From Eledone cirrhosa (lineage: Eukaryota), in contig OZ024742.1 in NCBI GenBank assembly GCA_964016885.1, positions 305,598,001 to 305,662,000 on the forward strand: DNA of 64,000 nucleotides, in the 5' to 3' direction. Below are positions 15,500-29,865 of this stretch, piece by piece. The translations under genes were made by a program, and so were the position numbers. The notes beneath the pieces are model-generated. The model saw only the letters and a list, made by a program, of their open reading frames with translations. It was not told where the DNA came from and made no database searches. How positions within the stretch are numbered: the stretch's first letter is position 1; every line of letters starts with the position of its first letter.

Positions 15500-16700
15500 C
15501 ATTTAATTGACTCCCTATAAAGTTATGTAACAGCAGATAGACAGTAATTTCCGCAGGATATTTGCTATTACCCAAAGTTGTTTTCTACAATGTCGTAATA
15601 CTGGGACTGATTCCAATTCTATCAAGGTTTTTCTGGAGATTTTCTCTAACTAACCCAATTACTCCAATCACAATTGGTACCACTTTAATTTCAATATTCC
15701 ACATCCTCTTGACATCTATTCCCAAGTCTGTACAATATTCTTTACCATATTCTCTTTGGTGTAATATTCCCTAGCTACATCGATCAACTAACACCTCCTT
15801 TCACTACCTTTCTCCACCAAAGTTATGCCTGGCCTCATTTTTTCAGGAACTCTGTCTGGATTGTAAAGTCCCACAAGAGTTTCACAGACTAAAAGTCTAG
15901 GACACTCTCTGGTTTATACTGATTCCATTGCTCAGTTGTTGCAAACCCACGTTTCTTTCATAAAGACCAATGGGGGTGTAGGCACACTTAATTGTGACGC
16001 CTTTCATATACCATCTGCACAAGCAGTCACGATGTGTGTTACACTTTTCACCTTCTTCCCATATGACATATACTTATATGTTTCATTTGGATTATACATA
16101 TTCTTTATCGAGTTTGTGTTTTGTGCTTGATCTTGGGCAGCTATTATTCTTACTCTTAAGATCATCTTTTGTATACCGTTTCCATCAAGATCCTAATTAT
16201 ACTTCCTTCGTTTCTCTTTCAAATTGACCATGTAATTCCATACTTTCTCTCTTGTGCTTAGTTTCTCAGACTCTGTTTCGCAGCCTCTGTTTGTAATTTT
16301 ATTTATTTTCAGTCGTTTCAGTGCTTAGGCCCTGGTTTTTGGCAACATACCTTAAACGTTCTTCTTACTACTGACCAAATATGAGTCAAAAGACGTGCAT
16401 TCATTAGCTACGCCATCGTCTCCACTTACATGCCCTCGACGTCTTACGTTCAGTGGTGTAAGGAGCTTTTGGGTGCAATGCACCATTGACAAAAATTTAC
16501 TTATGCGTTTCTCTATTTCTTTTTTTCGTCCAAATCAAAATAGCCGCATTATATCTAATAACTGACACAGTCCAGATCATGCTAGTGGTAATTAAGGCCT
16601 TCCATTTAGTTTCGTTTTCGGTAGATGTTTTAATCTATTCAGAAATTTGTCAAGCTCCAAAATGCCCAGTTATTTGTAACCACTATTTTCAGGGTCAGCA
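15500..16700 (-). mobile_element. Decayed non-LTR retrotransposon with restriction-like endonuclease (R4/Dong-like)
   Basis: Minus-strand fragments ELHGQFERETK, RIIAAQDQAQNTN, LLWDFTIQT and IDVKRMWNIEIKVVPIVIGVIGLV occur in the expected order. Many stops. The far boundary is approximate. Confidence 0.75.
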
Positions 16701-16751
16701 ATAGACTCTTCAGGTAGTTCAGTTCCACTACTATATACTTCATAGTTAAGG

Positions 16752-16783
<32 letters not shown>

Positions 16784-17632
16784 AGTAAAGTTTTCATTTG
16801 GGCTACTTTCGAGCCCAAATCCGCTATATTTTAAAGAATTTGCTCCGGAGACCAGTCAGTAATATGTTCTGACCAAAGTGTTAGAAGATATAGTCATGCA
16901 ACATGAAGTATGTTTAGTTGTAATATTGATCTTTTAGACTGGTAAATTATCAGAATTTTGCAAGAGTTTTTAAAGTTGATTCACTCAAATCCAGTATTTC
17001 GCTGATATTTATATTAATGAACCTGAGGATTTAATTGATCATTCACCGTTCACAAATTGCAGGACTTGTACCCAAATTAAAAGGCATTGTTTGGGGGTCG
17101 ATAACTAATTTAACACTCCTGAATGGTGGATTGAAGAAATTGACAGAGCAACAGATTTGCGGTATATTTTTTACATTTTTGAATTATACATTTCTAGGCC
17201 CTGTACAACCCTTGTTTTATACTAAGGAGAGCTTCACCTGAAACCAGCATAGTTTCTGAGTGTTCATGCTGCAGCAGATAAGAAGAAATCTTTGGGCAGA
17301 AAAAAAAGTAGGAAAACTGAATAAGGGAAAGTATGAGACAGATTCTAGTAGTAAAATCAATTTATCTTTATAGAGTTATTTTTTTACACGTGTTGGTAAA
17401 TGAATTTCGCAGAAACACATCAGAAATAGCCAAGATAATTTTATATCCAGGGATAGTACACGCTTCTCCTTTTTTAGTAGAACACTATATGATATATGTA
17501 CACACACACACGAATATATATATATATATAAGCAAAGTCGTTTAAACTTGGGGTCATATATTTCGGCAACTTTGACTTTGACATATTTGCGCCCGGGATG
17601 TTCATAATCGACAATGAGTGGAGCAATTAAAA

Positions 17633-17726
<94 letters not shown>

Positions 17727-17953
17727 GCATATGTCAAGACTGACTCATATATTAATTTATGACTTTATTTGTATAAATATTTACAAAAAGCACACATACA
17801 TACACAAACGTACGCACAAACGCACAAATATAAGTTGCTTTGCATCTTTGAATAATGGCTTAAATGCTCATAGTTAATAGTAATGTACACACACACATAT
17901 ATATATGTATATATATATATATTTATATATTATATATTTATATATATATATTT

Positions 17954-18012
<59 letters not shown>

Positions 18013-18134
18013 TAAATATATATATATATAGAGAGAGAAAGATAGATAGATAGATAGATAGAAGCATTGACTAAATATATTTATGAATGCATATGATATT
18101 TGTATACATATGTTTAAGTTATATACATGTATAT

Positions 18135-18216
<82 letters not shown>

Positions 18217-18217
18217 G

Positions 18218-18327
<110 letters not shown>

Positions 18328-18440
18328 CATATATATATATATATATATTTCGTTTCTGAATTTGTTTAGCAAGATTCTTTATCTGAAAACGTGTGTTGAA
18401 ACCGATATTGTTATACTTTGGGAGGGTCATGTTGCAAAAA

Positions 18441-18497
<57 letters not shown>

Positions 18498-18558
18498 ACA
18501 CAACCATTTATATGTATATATGTGCATAAATATGAGCGCGTGCGAAAACGCACACACT

Positions 18559-18589
<31 letters not shown>

Positions 18590-18598
18590 TTATATATA

Positions 18599-19140
18599 GG
18601 GACTACACTTGGATTTCACTCGGCAAACCTACGGATTCCGACTCTTGGACATTTTAAACTTCATTTGGAACACAAATCTTCCATGACCAACCACCCACTT
18701 TGCTCTACCTCTTGTTTCTTCTGCTTCAACTGACTCCCCCTCCATGCCCAACCAGTAACCATTCCCCCTGTCTCCTCAAAGATGGATCCTCCGTCTCTTT
18801 CACAGCCTCCAGTTGGACCCCTCAACCTTCCCTATTTTCCACTTCTCGCCACTCCCCTCCTTCTAGGGTGCATGCAACCCCCGATATCTCCTCGTATGCA
18901 ATTCACATCCCCTCACTCACTCATCTCCTGGATCCCAACCCTTCTCCCGACGCCGCTGCCAAATTTGTCTTTTCCTCGCCGAAAACCCGACTCTCACCAG
19001 ACACACCAACCGAAATTTCCACATTAGGGACTCCTTCCGCTTAAGTTCCACAAGTCTCGTTTACAGATCCGGTGCACACTATCAGTGGCCGTCTGTATTG
19101 GCCAAAGTAACCCTTGTTTGGCGGACATATTTGCCACGCC
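18599..19140 (+). mobile_element. Decayed Penelope-like element (RT thumb, Cys linker, GIY-YIG endonuclease)
   Basis: Frameshifted translation gives KPTDS; ILRLFHSLQLDPSTFPIFHFSPLPSF*GACNPRYLLV; PGSQPFSRRRCQICLFL...NFHIRDSFRLSSTSLVY-IRCTLSVAVCIGQSNPCLADIF. These are collinear with PLE motifs YKPTD, LQxDP, CxxC and VYxIxC..YIG.T...L..RF. Flanked by (TA)n. Confidence 0.8.
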
Positions 19141-19264
19141 TTTACTTTCGTAGACAATATGTCCAACAATCTGGTGGTTTTCTATCCCCTATAATTAAAC
19201 GCATACCACTATATGCACTTCTCTCTGTATACTGATTTGTATATACAAATATAGATATTATTAA

Positions 19265-19344
<80 letters not shown>

Positions 19345-19522
19345 TTATGTATATACATATATATGCATTTATATATATGTATATGCATATATATGTATTC
19401 ATTTATTTATATTTACACACCGAGGCACGCACAAACGCATACATGCATACGTACACCCAAGAATATAATTATATTTATAGAATGTTATAAATGTATAGAC
19501 ATATATAAATATATATATATAT

Positions 19523-19666
<144 letters not shown>

Positions 19667-19678
19667 GTATATATATAC

Positions 19679-19729
<51 letters not shown>

Positions 19730-19746
19730 ATGTATATATATACGTG

Positions 19747-19782
<36 letters not shown>

Positions 19783-19797
19783 GTATATATATACGTG

Positions 19798-19829
<32 letters not shown>

Positions 19830-19834
19830 TATAC

Positions 19835-19871
<37 letters not shown>

Positions 19872-19896
19872 CACATATATATATATATATATATAC

Positions 19897-19932
<36 letters not shown>

Positions 19933-19940
19933 ATACATAC

Positions 19941-19988
<48 letters not shown>

Positions 19989-20385
19989 ACATATATATGT
20001 GTGTGTGGCTGTATATGTGCGTGCGTATGTTTGTGAACATATGTGTATTTAATTCCTAAAACAAACATTGCTTTACTAGATACAATTAGATGTTAGATGC
20101 TGACAATATTATTCTATGACTATCAAACATGTGTGTCATCCCTATTTCACCCCTGTGTTATATGTGTGGTAACAAATGTATGACTCCCCATTGCATCAAT
20201 ATAGCCTAACATCTATTCACTGTTCTTTAGTCTTTAGTTGTTTTTGTAGATAATTCCTGTATTCACATTTCTCATAATGATATGTATGCGCTTATGTATC
20301 TAAAAGTGCATTTACGGCGGCTCTAGTATTTATATACATACATACATATATATATATATACATAAATATATATAGATATATATAT

Positions 20386-20582
20386 AACGAAGGAAATGTG
20401 GTAAGGAACCAGATGGACCATAACGCACCAAAGTACTCAATACTTATGGTAGTAGAGTGGGTAATAGGAACGAGTAGGACCCCGACGTCTGATCTCAAGA
20501 CGTTTCGACGTTTCTGGACTAAATTTAGTCCAGAATTAGCCGTCGAAACGGCTTGAGCTCACCCGTCGGGGTCCTACTCGTT

Positions 20583-20587
<5 letters not shown>
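20386..20587. mobile_element. Fold-back family P1, spacerless palindrome plus tail
   Basis: Tail aacgaaggaaatgtgg... followed by arms 20464-20523 / 20524-20587 centred on ctggactaaa|tttagtccag. (TA)n on both sides. Confidence 0.9.
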
Positions 20588-20642
<55 letters not shown>

Positions 20643-21879
20643 GTGCGTGACACTTGTTAGTTTACAAATATGTCATTATTTATGACGCTTCGTAATGCAT
20701 TCATGTTCAGTAGCGTCAGGTCAGTCCTATATTATGCGGGACGTCTGTTGAATTTGATCCAGCTCAGCACTGATCTTGCAGTCCTATAGAATGCAAGAAA
20801 ACGGCCAAACGACGAGAAGCGCCCCATAGATCTGTCTTCCAATTTATACCATGCAGCTGAGTAGCTGCACATGGTGATAACTCGTATGGCGTTATCCCTT
20901 TATTATCCTATTTCTGATTCTTGTGGTGACCTCTATGAATATTCCAATTGATTCGCTCCACTGAAGAGCCTACCCATGAAATTACCATTCAAATGACACA
21001 TGTACTTTTAGCTTTATTTTCATGATTTAACGAGACACACGCTATAATATGCATATCGCATTGAATTACTGGTATAGCTCATTTTTATTCCAGTTGAGTG
21101 AACTGGAAATAAATTGTATTGCACAATGACACAGCGCGTCACCAGGAATCGATCTCACGACCTTACGATCTTGTGACGGACATCCCAAACACTGCGCAAC
21201 GGGTCGTCACTATTTCTTTTTAGAGGGCGGGGAATTGGCATGCTTGGTAGGGCGTCAAATGGCGGCTCGCGATCATGAAGATCTATACAACCTAACTTCG
21301 AAGCCATGTGGATTCACGTTGACACCACAGTGTATACATGGACTCGGTGTATAATGTGGACTCGGTCAGGCACAGCCGCAGTTGTTTTTCTGCTCTTATT
21401 GCACCATGACACAGAGTTTGGCGACAGTAAGGATACTGACGTTGCAGTTTCTATGTATATGTATTTTTTTTTTTTTAGTGTGCTGAGAGGAAAAAATATT
21501 TTAGGATAATTCATATAACTTTCAGTGTTCCGAGACTGTTTTTCTTTTTCCGTGTAGTGGCTGGGACTGGCTGAAGCTTGCTACAGCAATAACCTGTGCG
21601 CTTGGCATATGCAGCTACTCTCTCAGCTTTAGTACATTTGCTGTAGTGAGTAGTTGGCATTGGTTATTTTTTATATACAAATTGTTATGATGCAACGGTT
21701 AGTGTTTTGTTTACTTTGTAGTATATTACAGATTATGGTTGTATCCATAATGGATATGACTATTCACAGTTTGTATGTCGGTGTATGTCTGAGTGTGTGT
21801 GTGTGTGTGTATTATGCTTATTATATGTATGGGATGTTCCCTCAAATTCCCAGTAAAAAGAATGTTATTTAAAGGCTGT

Positions 21880-22220
21880 TGTTTTGTAATCAGATTTTTA
21901 GGTGATTGATGTCAGGACAAAGTAGCTGTCCAGCCGCCGGAGATGGCGGGTAGTGGGGGTAGTGTTATCATTTGTGTAATAAAGTTTATAGTGGTTTGGG
22001 AAGATTAGGGAAATATAGGTCGAAAAGAATGGGTGACAGGACGGATCCTGGTGTTACTCCATTCGGAAAATTGTCAGTTTAGGGACTGGTATTCTTGTAC
22101 ACTACTTAGGGCGGAGTCTTGAAAGTTTGTTTAGCGTGTTAGCCTTGAATTCTGGAATATTTTACTATGATTTGAAGTTTGTATATATTTGATTTGTATA
22201 GAACTTTACCCCCTTTCCAA
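21880..22220 (-). mobile_element. Decayed LINE reverse transcriptase fragment
   Basis: Minus strand reads PNGVTPGSVLSPILFDLY, resembling the RT motif GVPQGSVLSPxLF. Boundaries approximate. Confidence 0.55.
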
Positions 22221-24331
22221 CTATATATATATTTCGGTGACGCCTTTCATCTATAGCGCATGTAGTATGTAAAATAATATTAGAACCCGACATGTTAGAT
22301 TAAATTATGAATATATCAATCTGTAGTATTATTCGTCTGTGTGTATATATATACACAGCTGTTTATTTAGCTACAGCTTACCTCTGATTGACAGACCTAT
22401 AATAAAAAAAATTCTAGACGTGACAATTCGGTATCTTTATATATTTATGATCCTTCCCTATTCTTTAACACAAATTAGTCTGATTTGGAATTCGATCTGG
22501 CTGCCATTTTTAGCTGGCCGAGCGACAGCGTGGTAGCTCCTCGCCTTACGCTAAGTCTGGGATATAATGTAAACAATAACAACCACTATTTATATACAAA
22601 TTTAAAAAATGGTTTTGTGTTTTTTTATAATCCCATTAGTTAATTAATTAATTAATTTATGTACTAATTTATTTATTTCACTGTATATCGTAATTGGTGA
22701 ACAATAATATGATTCCTTGAATTTTTCCAGGATAGACTTATATCGGACTACTTGTAATTCGGCTTAGACCAAACAACGAATGGGACGTCAGTAAAAACGT
22801 ATTAGTTTTGTGGTTTTTTCTCAACGATCTTTCGCCGATATCTAGTGGCGAATATGTATTATTGTATAACACACATCTAATATATATTACATAGCTGATA
22901 TTTAGTAAATATATATATATTACACAGACCAACATTATCACATGTCTGTGTGGGTGTTATTCTTTTAGTTATTGGACGGTGGACGGAGCATGGATGAACG
23001 GTTTAAAAGTTTTCTTCACAACCATTATGTCCCGCTTTCGATCCCACTGTGTGAGATCTTGGGAAAGTGAGTGGTGTTTAATTCAGGTAGATCCTAACCT
23101 TCAGATAAATCCGAATTGGTTTGACGTAAAGTGTTTGGAAGGCCGCCAGAAGATTTTACTTTTAATTCAAATCGCCAGGTTTGTTACAACGTTATGCAGA
23201 ATGTCTCTGATAATTACGTTAAAGAAACACGTGTTTGTGGAATGTCCAGCCACTTACACGTTAATTTAATTCCCAGGCATTTCTCTTGAACAAACATCAA
23301 GAACACTCTTCGTCGAAATCGATGGAAGTCCATTCTAACTTATGTAACGTCATTTTTGCAATAGACAACACCACTGACAGGCTAGTTAATAATAGCTATC
23401 ACATACACATGGCCCATTTATCAAGCCAGCTCCATGTTGTTGTTTTGTTGCTGTTTAGCCTCAGGACAATTCCGATTGAGGAAACATATAATCATAGACA
23501 TTCCAGACATGGCCATCCTTACTTTTTGGTGAAATCTAGGGCATAATGATGTATAATTTAAATACAGAGTATGAACAGAGATAGATGCGTTCACACAATG
23601 GTGAATGACTGATGACAAGATGACTGATGAGATCGATATATGTATTGACAGAAACAGAAAATAGGGAAAATTGGGACTGAATTGGGAGTTACATTAACTT
23701 AGAAGAGGAAGGTCACGGCTGAGAATAATGATGGCAACGGTGATGATGATTGTTCAGTAGGTCATTCCAGGTTATAAGGCAATGGAGCATGATTTAAGAC
23801 AGATTTGGTATCTGACTTTAGCAGATCAAGTTACTGTACACAGAAGAGGTTCGTCACCATTATTTTTCCATGTCGCAGCAGGGCAGCTAAAAACAGTTGA
23901 TGCCTCCTTTAATATCAAAAAAAAATTGAGATTACAAAGATAAAATATAAATTTAGAAATTCCCCTACACCTCATCTCAAATCTTCAAATAAATCATCTG
24001 TAAGACTTGCACGAGACATTTAATATAAATGCTGTAGAGATTCCCGCCATTTTTTCAGGGCTACAAAATGATGACGTGTAAGGCGACTAGAAAAATTATC
24101 CAGTTCACCGTATGGTGACTGTGTATGTTTGTATGTATATATATATATATATGCATGTATGTTTGTATGTATGTCTATGTATGTATGTATGTATGTATGT
24201 ATGTATGTATGTATGTATGTATGTATGTATGTATGTATGCATGCATGCATGTATGTATGTGTATGTGTGTGTGTGTGTGTGTGTATAAGTAAGTATATAT
24301 GCGTATATATACGAATGCATATATAAATATG

Positions 24332-24382
<51 letters not shown>

Positions 24383-24472
24383 GTGTGTGTGTATATATAT
24401 ATATTTATATATATGCATATAATACATATATATGAATATAAATATATATATATATATGTATGTGTGTGTATA

Positions 24473-24532
<60 letters not shown>

Positions 24533-24537
<5 letters not shown>

Positions 24538-25145
24538 TGGCTGCCAACTCGTTTTCGAGTACGGCCATGACTTTATATCCATGTAGGAGAACCCCTACCG
24601 ATACGCTGAACGAGTGTGACTTTTTAGTCCAGCCAGCGACTTGAAAACTCTGGTACAAACACTACACCTGTGACAATCATTGACACATAGTGCTGGGCCC
24701 ATGGCACCATGTGACGACAAGTGCTAAGAGATCTCCAGATATAAAGCAATACCTGTGCCGTGAAGCTTTTATAGTGAGGAAGGGCACTGCACAAAGCCAG
24801 TCCCACTCTCTTAACCAAGATGATATTTACCAAAAAGAAGAACAAGCCAACATCATTGGATACCATCAGGGTTGCAGGTGTTATATCAGAGTTTTCCTTC
24901 TCCTAGAATTCTGCCTTTACAAAGGCTAAGGGGTCATCTCTCCCGGTGATTTTGGATGGCCATTGACTCTTAAGAGGTCCTTTGTCCTTTGACAGGTTTT
25001 GTTTTTAGTCCTGCAGGATGTCCAAAGTCACCCTCCTCACCAAGAAACCTTGGTGGGGTTGCCAGTTTAGTCGCCAACGACCCGACCATGAGACAGGTTG
25101 TACTGGGATACATGTTACCAGTAGCACCAACTGGTGACCTGACAT
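24533..25145 (-). mobile_element. Dispersed repeat, probably an RTE-type 5' region
   Basis: 24533-24893 is highly similar to 54732-55090. The minus strand has ctaggagaaggaaaactctga and aaactggcaacccc motifs reminiscent of RTE 5' UTRs. Confidence 0.6.
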
Positions 25146-25146
25146 A

Positions 25147-25180
<34 letters not shown>

Positions 25181-25211
25181 GTATGTATGCATATATGTAT
25201 GTGTGTGTATA

Positions 25212-25277
<66 letters not shown>

Positions 25278-25307
25278 TATGTATGTATGCATATATGTAT
25301 ATATATG

Positions 25308-25340
<33 letters not shown>

Positions 25341-25348
25341 GTCCATTA

Positions 25349-25386
25349 CGAGCTGAGGATCCGCTAAGGTGAAACAATTGTTCTCG
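25349..25386 (+). ncRNA. Minimal type I hammerhead motif with canonical core
   Basis: CGAG-CUGAGGA-uCC-gcuaa-GGu-GAAA-CAAUUG-UU^-CUCG. Palindromic stem III (ACAAUUGU), weak stem II. Directly after (TA)n. Confidence 0.6.
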
Positions 25387-25558
25387 GTATGGTCAACTAA
25401 CTGTTGTGTAACCACTTCTACCTAACTCGTCCCATGGACTGAGTGCCTTACCACTACGGATATTACCTTCCAGTGTTCTACTATTATATTTGTATATATG
25501 TCTATAAATAAATATATATATACGTATATTTAAATATATAGATATATATGTATATGTT

Positions 25559-25641
<83 letters not shown>

Positions 25642-25643
<2 letters not shown>

Positions 25644-26124
25644 AAGGCGGGTAAAATTCCCGAGATCCATGGACGATTTCTCTCCAGTGGTCTCTGTCCC
25701 TCATTATCGCTGCCATGTCCTGCGTCTCCAACAGACCAGTGTCTGTCCTTAGGGCATCAACATACGTTAACCTGGTCTTCCTCTTCTAGTGTGTCCATGT
25801 AGGGACTCCCAAAGGAGCACTGAGTGCAATGTCAACTCTGGATGTCGGTGAGCATCTCCAGCTAACCTCAGTCTCCTCTGTGTCACTTTTGAGCTGACTT
25901 TTGGGATGCTCCCATACAGCTCTGAGTTTTTCACCCTCAGTGTATACTGATTAATGTTCAGAGCCATCCTCAGCATTCTCGTGTAGCACCCATCCACCAT
26001 CTGAGTGAGTTTCTTGGTCAGTGTCCAAGTCTCAGACCCATACAGCAGCATAGACTCCACTACAGTAATGAAGAAGCGGACTTTCAGGTCTCTACGAAGG
26101 TCCCACTTCCACACCGATCTCAAG

Positions 26125-26127
<3 letters not shown>
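25642..26127 (-). mobile_element. RTE-clade LINE 3' fragment
   Basis: ORF LKVRFFITVVESMLLYGSETWTLTK...DGCYTRMLRMALNI...RRLRLAGDAHR...GHTRRGRP, continuing after a frameshift to [11 protein letters not shown]. This is a typical post-RT C-terminus of RTE-type LINEs. (TA)n flanks. Confidence 0.9.
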
Positions 26128-26175
<48 letters not shown>

Positions 26176-26944
26176 CACGTCCCACCCTTGCAAACAGGGA
26201 AAAAGCGGACGTAAAATGAAATGATGATGATGATGTTGTATCCCTCAAATCTTCCATTACTATTTTAATAAAAGGATATACACATTACATAATGAGTTCA
26301 TATTTGATTCTAGATATCTTCTATCAGGCCAGACCTGACATTAGTCAACTATATATATACACACACATGCACACACACCCCCTCCCACACACACACATAC
26401 ATATATATAGATATAAATATATATAGCCAGAGAGATTGGAGTGGGAAGCTGTATATATATATATATATATGTGGATATATATATATATATATATATATAC
26501 ACCCATGAAACTTAAGCTTATTAATTAACATTAGGCATATAATGATTTCATACGCTAGTGGCAGTTGTGATTAAATATGTAGAATGAAAACCCCTTCCAG
26601 CTGTGACCTGGCCGTTGGCTTTGTCCTACCCGTCTAATGTTACACAGTTCCCTTCATCCGTCACTCAGAAGAAACTCATTGCTCTCGAAACTACCCGCTT
26701 CTTCTCCCCTTTGTTTCATTGTATTTCTCTATGGCACTTCAAATGAGAAGTGGGGAGAAAAATACAAATAAAAGCTAAACAAAAACATAAACAAGCAAAA
26801 CACGTTACAATATTCGTGTAACATCTGTTTGTACTCGACAACCTATGGTTCGATCCCTTAGATTTTTCTCTTTCTCTTTACACAAACATATACTTACTAT
26901 CTCTCTCTCCATCCATATCTCTCACTGTCTACTCTCTCTCTCTC

Positions 26945-27059
<115 letters not shown>

Positions 27060-27262
27060 TATTTATTTATTTATTTATATGTATCTGTATGAGTGTGTGT
27101 GAGATAATTGGCATGGCTAAATGAACCCATATTATCCTATGGTGTAAGGTGGGTAACAACAACTCGGAGGGATCATATTTGCTATGGGTATATTAAGTTG
27201 GGTAATCCGGGATTGTTTGTTGCGTCACCTGAATCACCAGATGTGATTTCCTTTCTTTGCAG

Positions 27263-28144
27263 CAGGGACTGATTTAATGGGAAGCAAAGGGGGCAATTTC
27301 CCTAAGGTCCCCCACTGCGCGCTGGGTGGGGGGTGGGGGGAAACAGTGACGAGCGCAACAACTTATTTGTGCCTTCTTCTGGAAAGCAAAAAGTTGTATT
27401 AAAAAAAGTGCCAAATACTTGAAGTGGAAGATCAAGGAAAACATGGGACGTAGTTGTAAAGTAGGACATCAAGAAACTGAATAATCCAACAGAATAGATG
27501 ACACAAGACAGAGCTGATGATGATATGCCATAATACAAAAGACATGCCCAACAGTACAAACAGTAAGACACTAAAAGTAAGTGTGGTGAGAGATCGGAGG
27601 CTACGCTGTTTGGTAATCGAATGGAGGCGCTATAGAATTTAAGGGAACGATTTAGTCTGGCCGAGTATGTGACGACCTCTTTAGTACCAGTGCCACATTA
27701 AAATGCACTCCGTACATCTTGTAAATTGTTAGTGTTGGTGCCTTGACAGAATATACCTAGTCAACTGTGTAAAGTGTTTGTGCTGGTACTGCAAAGACAA
27801 TGCACCAAGTAAACACTCTAAAGTGGTTATGTTAGGAAGGGCATTTAGCCATAGAAACCATGCCGAATATGTAATATATGAGCATAATGAGGTCGCTCCA
27901 ATGTGTCTGATCTCGGACTGTGACAGCCCGTCCCACACATGCCAGTGTGGAAAGTGGACGTAAAATGAGGTTAGATTTATAAACTTTATTACCTGCTTGT
28001 ATTACTATCAATTCCAATTACTTGCACCAAGCCAACTTTGATATATAAAATTGAGGGTTTGATATATTTTATTTTTCGTGTATGATCCACCCCAGACCCC
28101 CAGCCTGAATGTCCCAGGGCGCCCAAGGTCTAAATCCGGCCCTG
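27263..28144. mobile_element. hAT-type non-autonomous element with nested retro-fragments
   Basis: TIRs cagggactgattta / taaatccggccctg (12/14) and 8-bp TSD ctttgcag / ttttgcag. The interior has an RTE-like remnant (GRSRKTWDVVVK, about 27425) and a SINE-like tail (...ggacgtaaaatga, about 27960). Confidence 0.75.
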
Positions 28145-28308
28145 TTTTGCAGGGATTTTTTTCTTCTCTCTTATTTACTTCTGGGATGTTAGTTCTATGT
28201 TTTTCTTATCTCACTGAATATTTGTGTTTGTTGTTTCCTCTGTCTCTATTTTCAACTCTCACTAACATCTTGGGCCTTGTGGCTAAAAAAGAAATTCTTC
28301 TTCTTCTT

Positions 28309-28339
<31 letters not shown>

Positions 28340-28631
28340 AATTAATAAATTTAATTAATAAAATTAATTATATGTGATGGATTAGCAGAGTTCCTTGAAA
28401 TATTTGTTCAGGTATTTTGGGTCCTATGTTCAAATCCTGTCGAGGTCCTCAGGCTTTCACCTACCATGCTCAGTAAAACAAAGTACCGGTCAAATTCTTG
28501 TGTCCATTACACACAACACTCTCCACACCACTATAAAAATATAACCATGTGCACATGTCAGGTACTATTAACATTACTGTACAAATTACTTGGAGAAAGC
28601 ACTGCTGACCAGACAATACAGTTGCATTAGG

Positions 28632-28633
<2 letters not shown>

Positions 28634-28717
<84 letters not shown>

Positions 28718-28836
28718 GGTGGTGGTGGTGGTGGTGGTGGAAGTAGTAGTAGTAGTGGTGGTGGTGGTGGAAGTAGTAGTAGTAGTGGTGGTGGTGGAAG
28801 TAGTAGTAGTAGTGGCGGTGGTGGTGGAAGTAGTAC

Positions 28837-28884
<48 letters not shown>

Positions 28885-28905
28885 CAAGAGCAGCAGTAGT
28901 AATGG
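28634..28905. repeat. Compound (AGT)n/(GGT)n array
   Basis: Repeated (AGT)5(GGT)3-4GGA blocks. Confidence 0.95.
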
Positions 28906-29104
28906 TAATTGTAATGTTATTGGTGTTATTGATGACGTTGCAGTAGTTGTTTTAAGGAAGGGAGGTGGTTTGTATTTGTCACAGCTGGAGAAATATTTCA
29001 CTATACATGCGCGTGTTCTCGTGTGGACAGACATATAAATTATGTTGTATTTGTCCTTGTGTGTGATGTTTGTGCATGTCTAGTTGCTCTTACGCTTGTG
29101 ATAT

Positions 29105-29865
29105 ACGTGTGTATGTGTATTTACGTGTGTATGTGTATTTACGCTTGTGCGTGTGACGCTTGATTGTGTATGCATGTATGTGTATTTACGCGTATGCGTG
29201 TGAAGCTTGTCTGTGTATGCGCGTGTGTGTGTATTTACGCGTATGCGCGCGAAGCTTGTCTGTGTATGCGTGTATGTGTATTTACGCGTATGCGTGTGAA
29301 GCTTGTCTGCGTATGCGTGTATGTGTATTTACGCGTATGCGTGTGAAGCTTGTCTGTGTATTCGTGTATGTGTATTTACGCGTATGCGTGTGAAGCTTGT
29401 CTGTGTATGCGTGTGTGTGTGTATTTACGCGAATGCGCATGAAGCTTGTCTGTGTATGCGTGTATGTGTATTTACGCGTATGCGTGTGAAGCTTGTCTGT
29501 GTATGCGTGTGTGTGTGTATTTACGCGAATGCGCATGAAGCTTGTCTGTGTATGCGTGTATGTGTATTTACGCGTATGCGTGTGAAGCTTGTCTGTGTAT
29601 GCGTGTATGTGTATTTACGCGTATGCGTGTGAAGCTTGTCTGTGTATTCGTGTATGTGTATTTTCGCGTATGCGTGTGAAGCTTGTCTGCGTATGCGTGT
29701 ATGTGTATTTACGCGTATGCGTGTGACGCTTGTCTGTGTATGCGTGTATGTGTATTTACGCGTATGCGTGTGAAGCTTGTCTGTGTATGTGTGTATGTGT
29801 ATTTACGTGTGTGCGTGTGAAGCCTGTATGTGTGTATGTGTATTTAAGCGTATGCATGTGAAACT

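Noticed and set aside
20958-20990. CTGAAGA...GAAA hammerhead-like words
   Set aside because: No stem II or III. It aligns to repeat family B (aacagaagagccagctcatgaaatt at about 33431).
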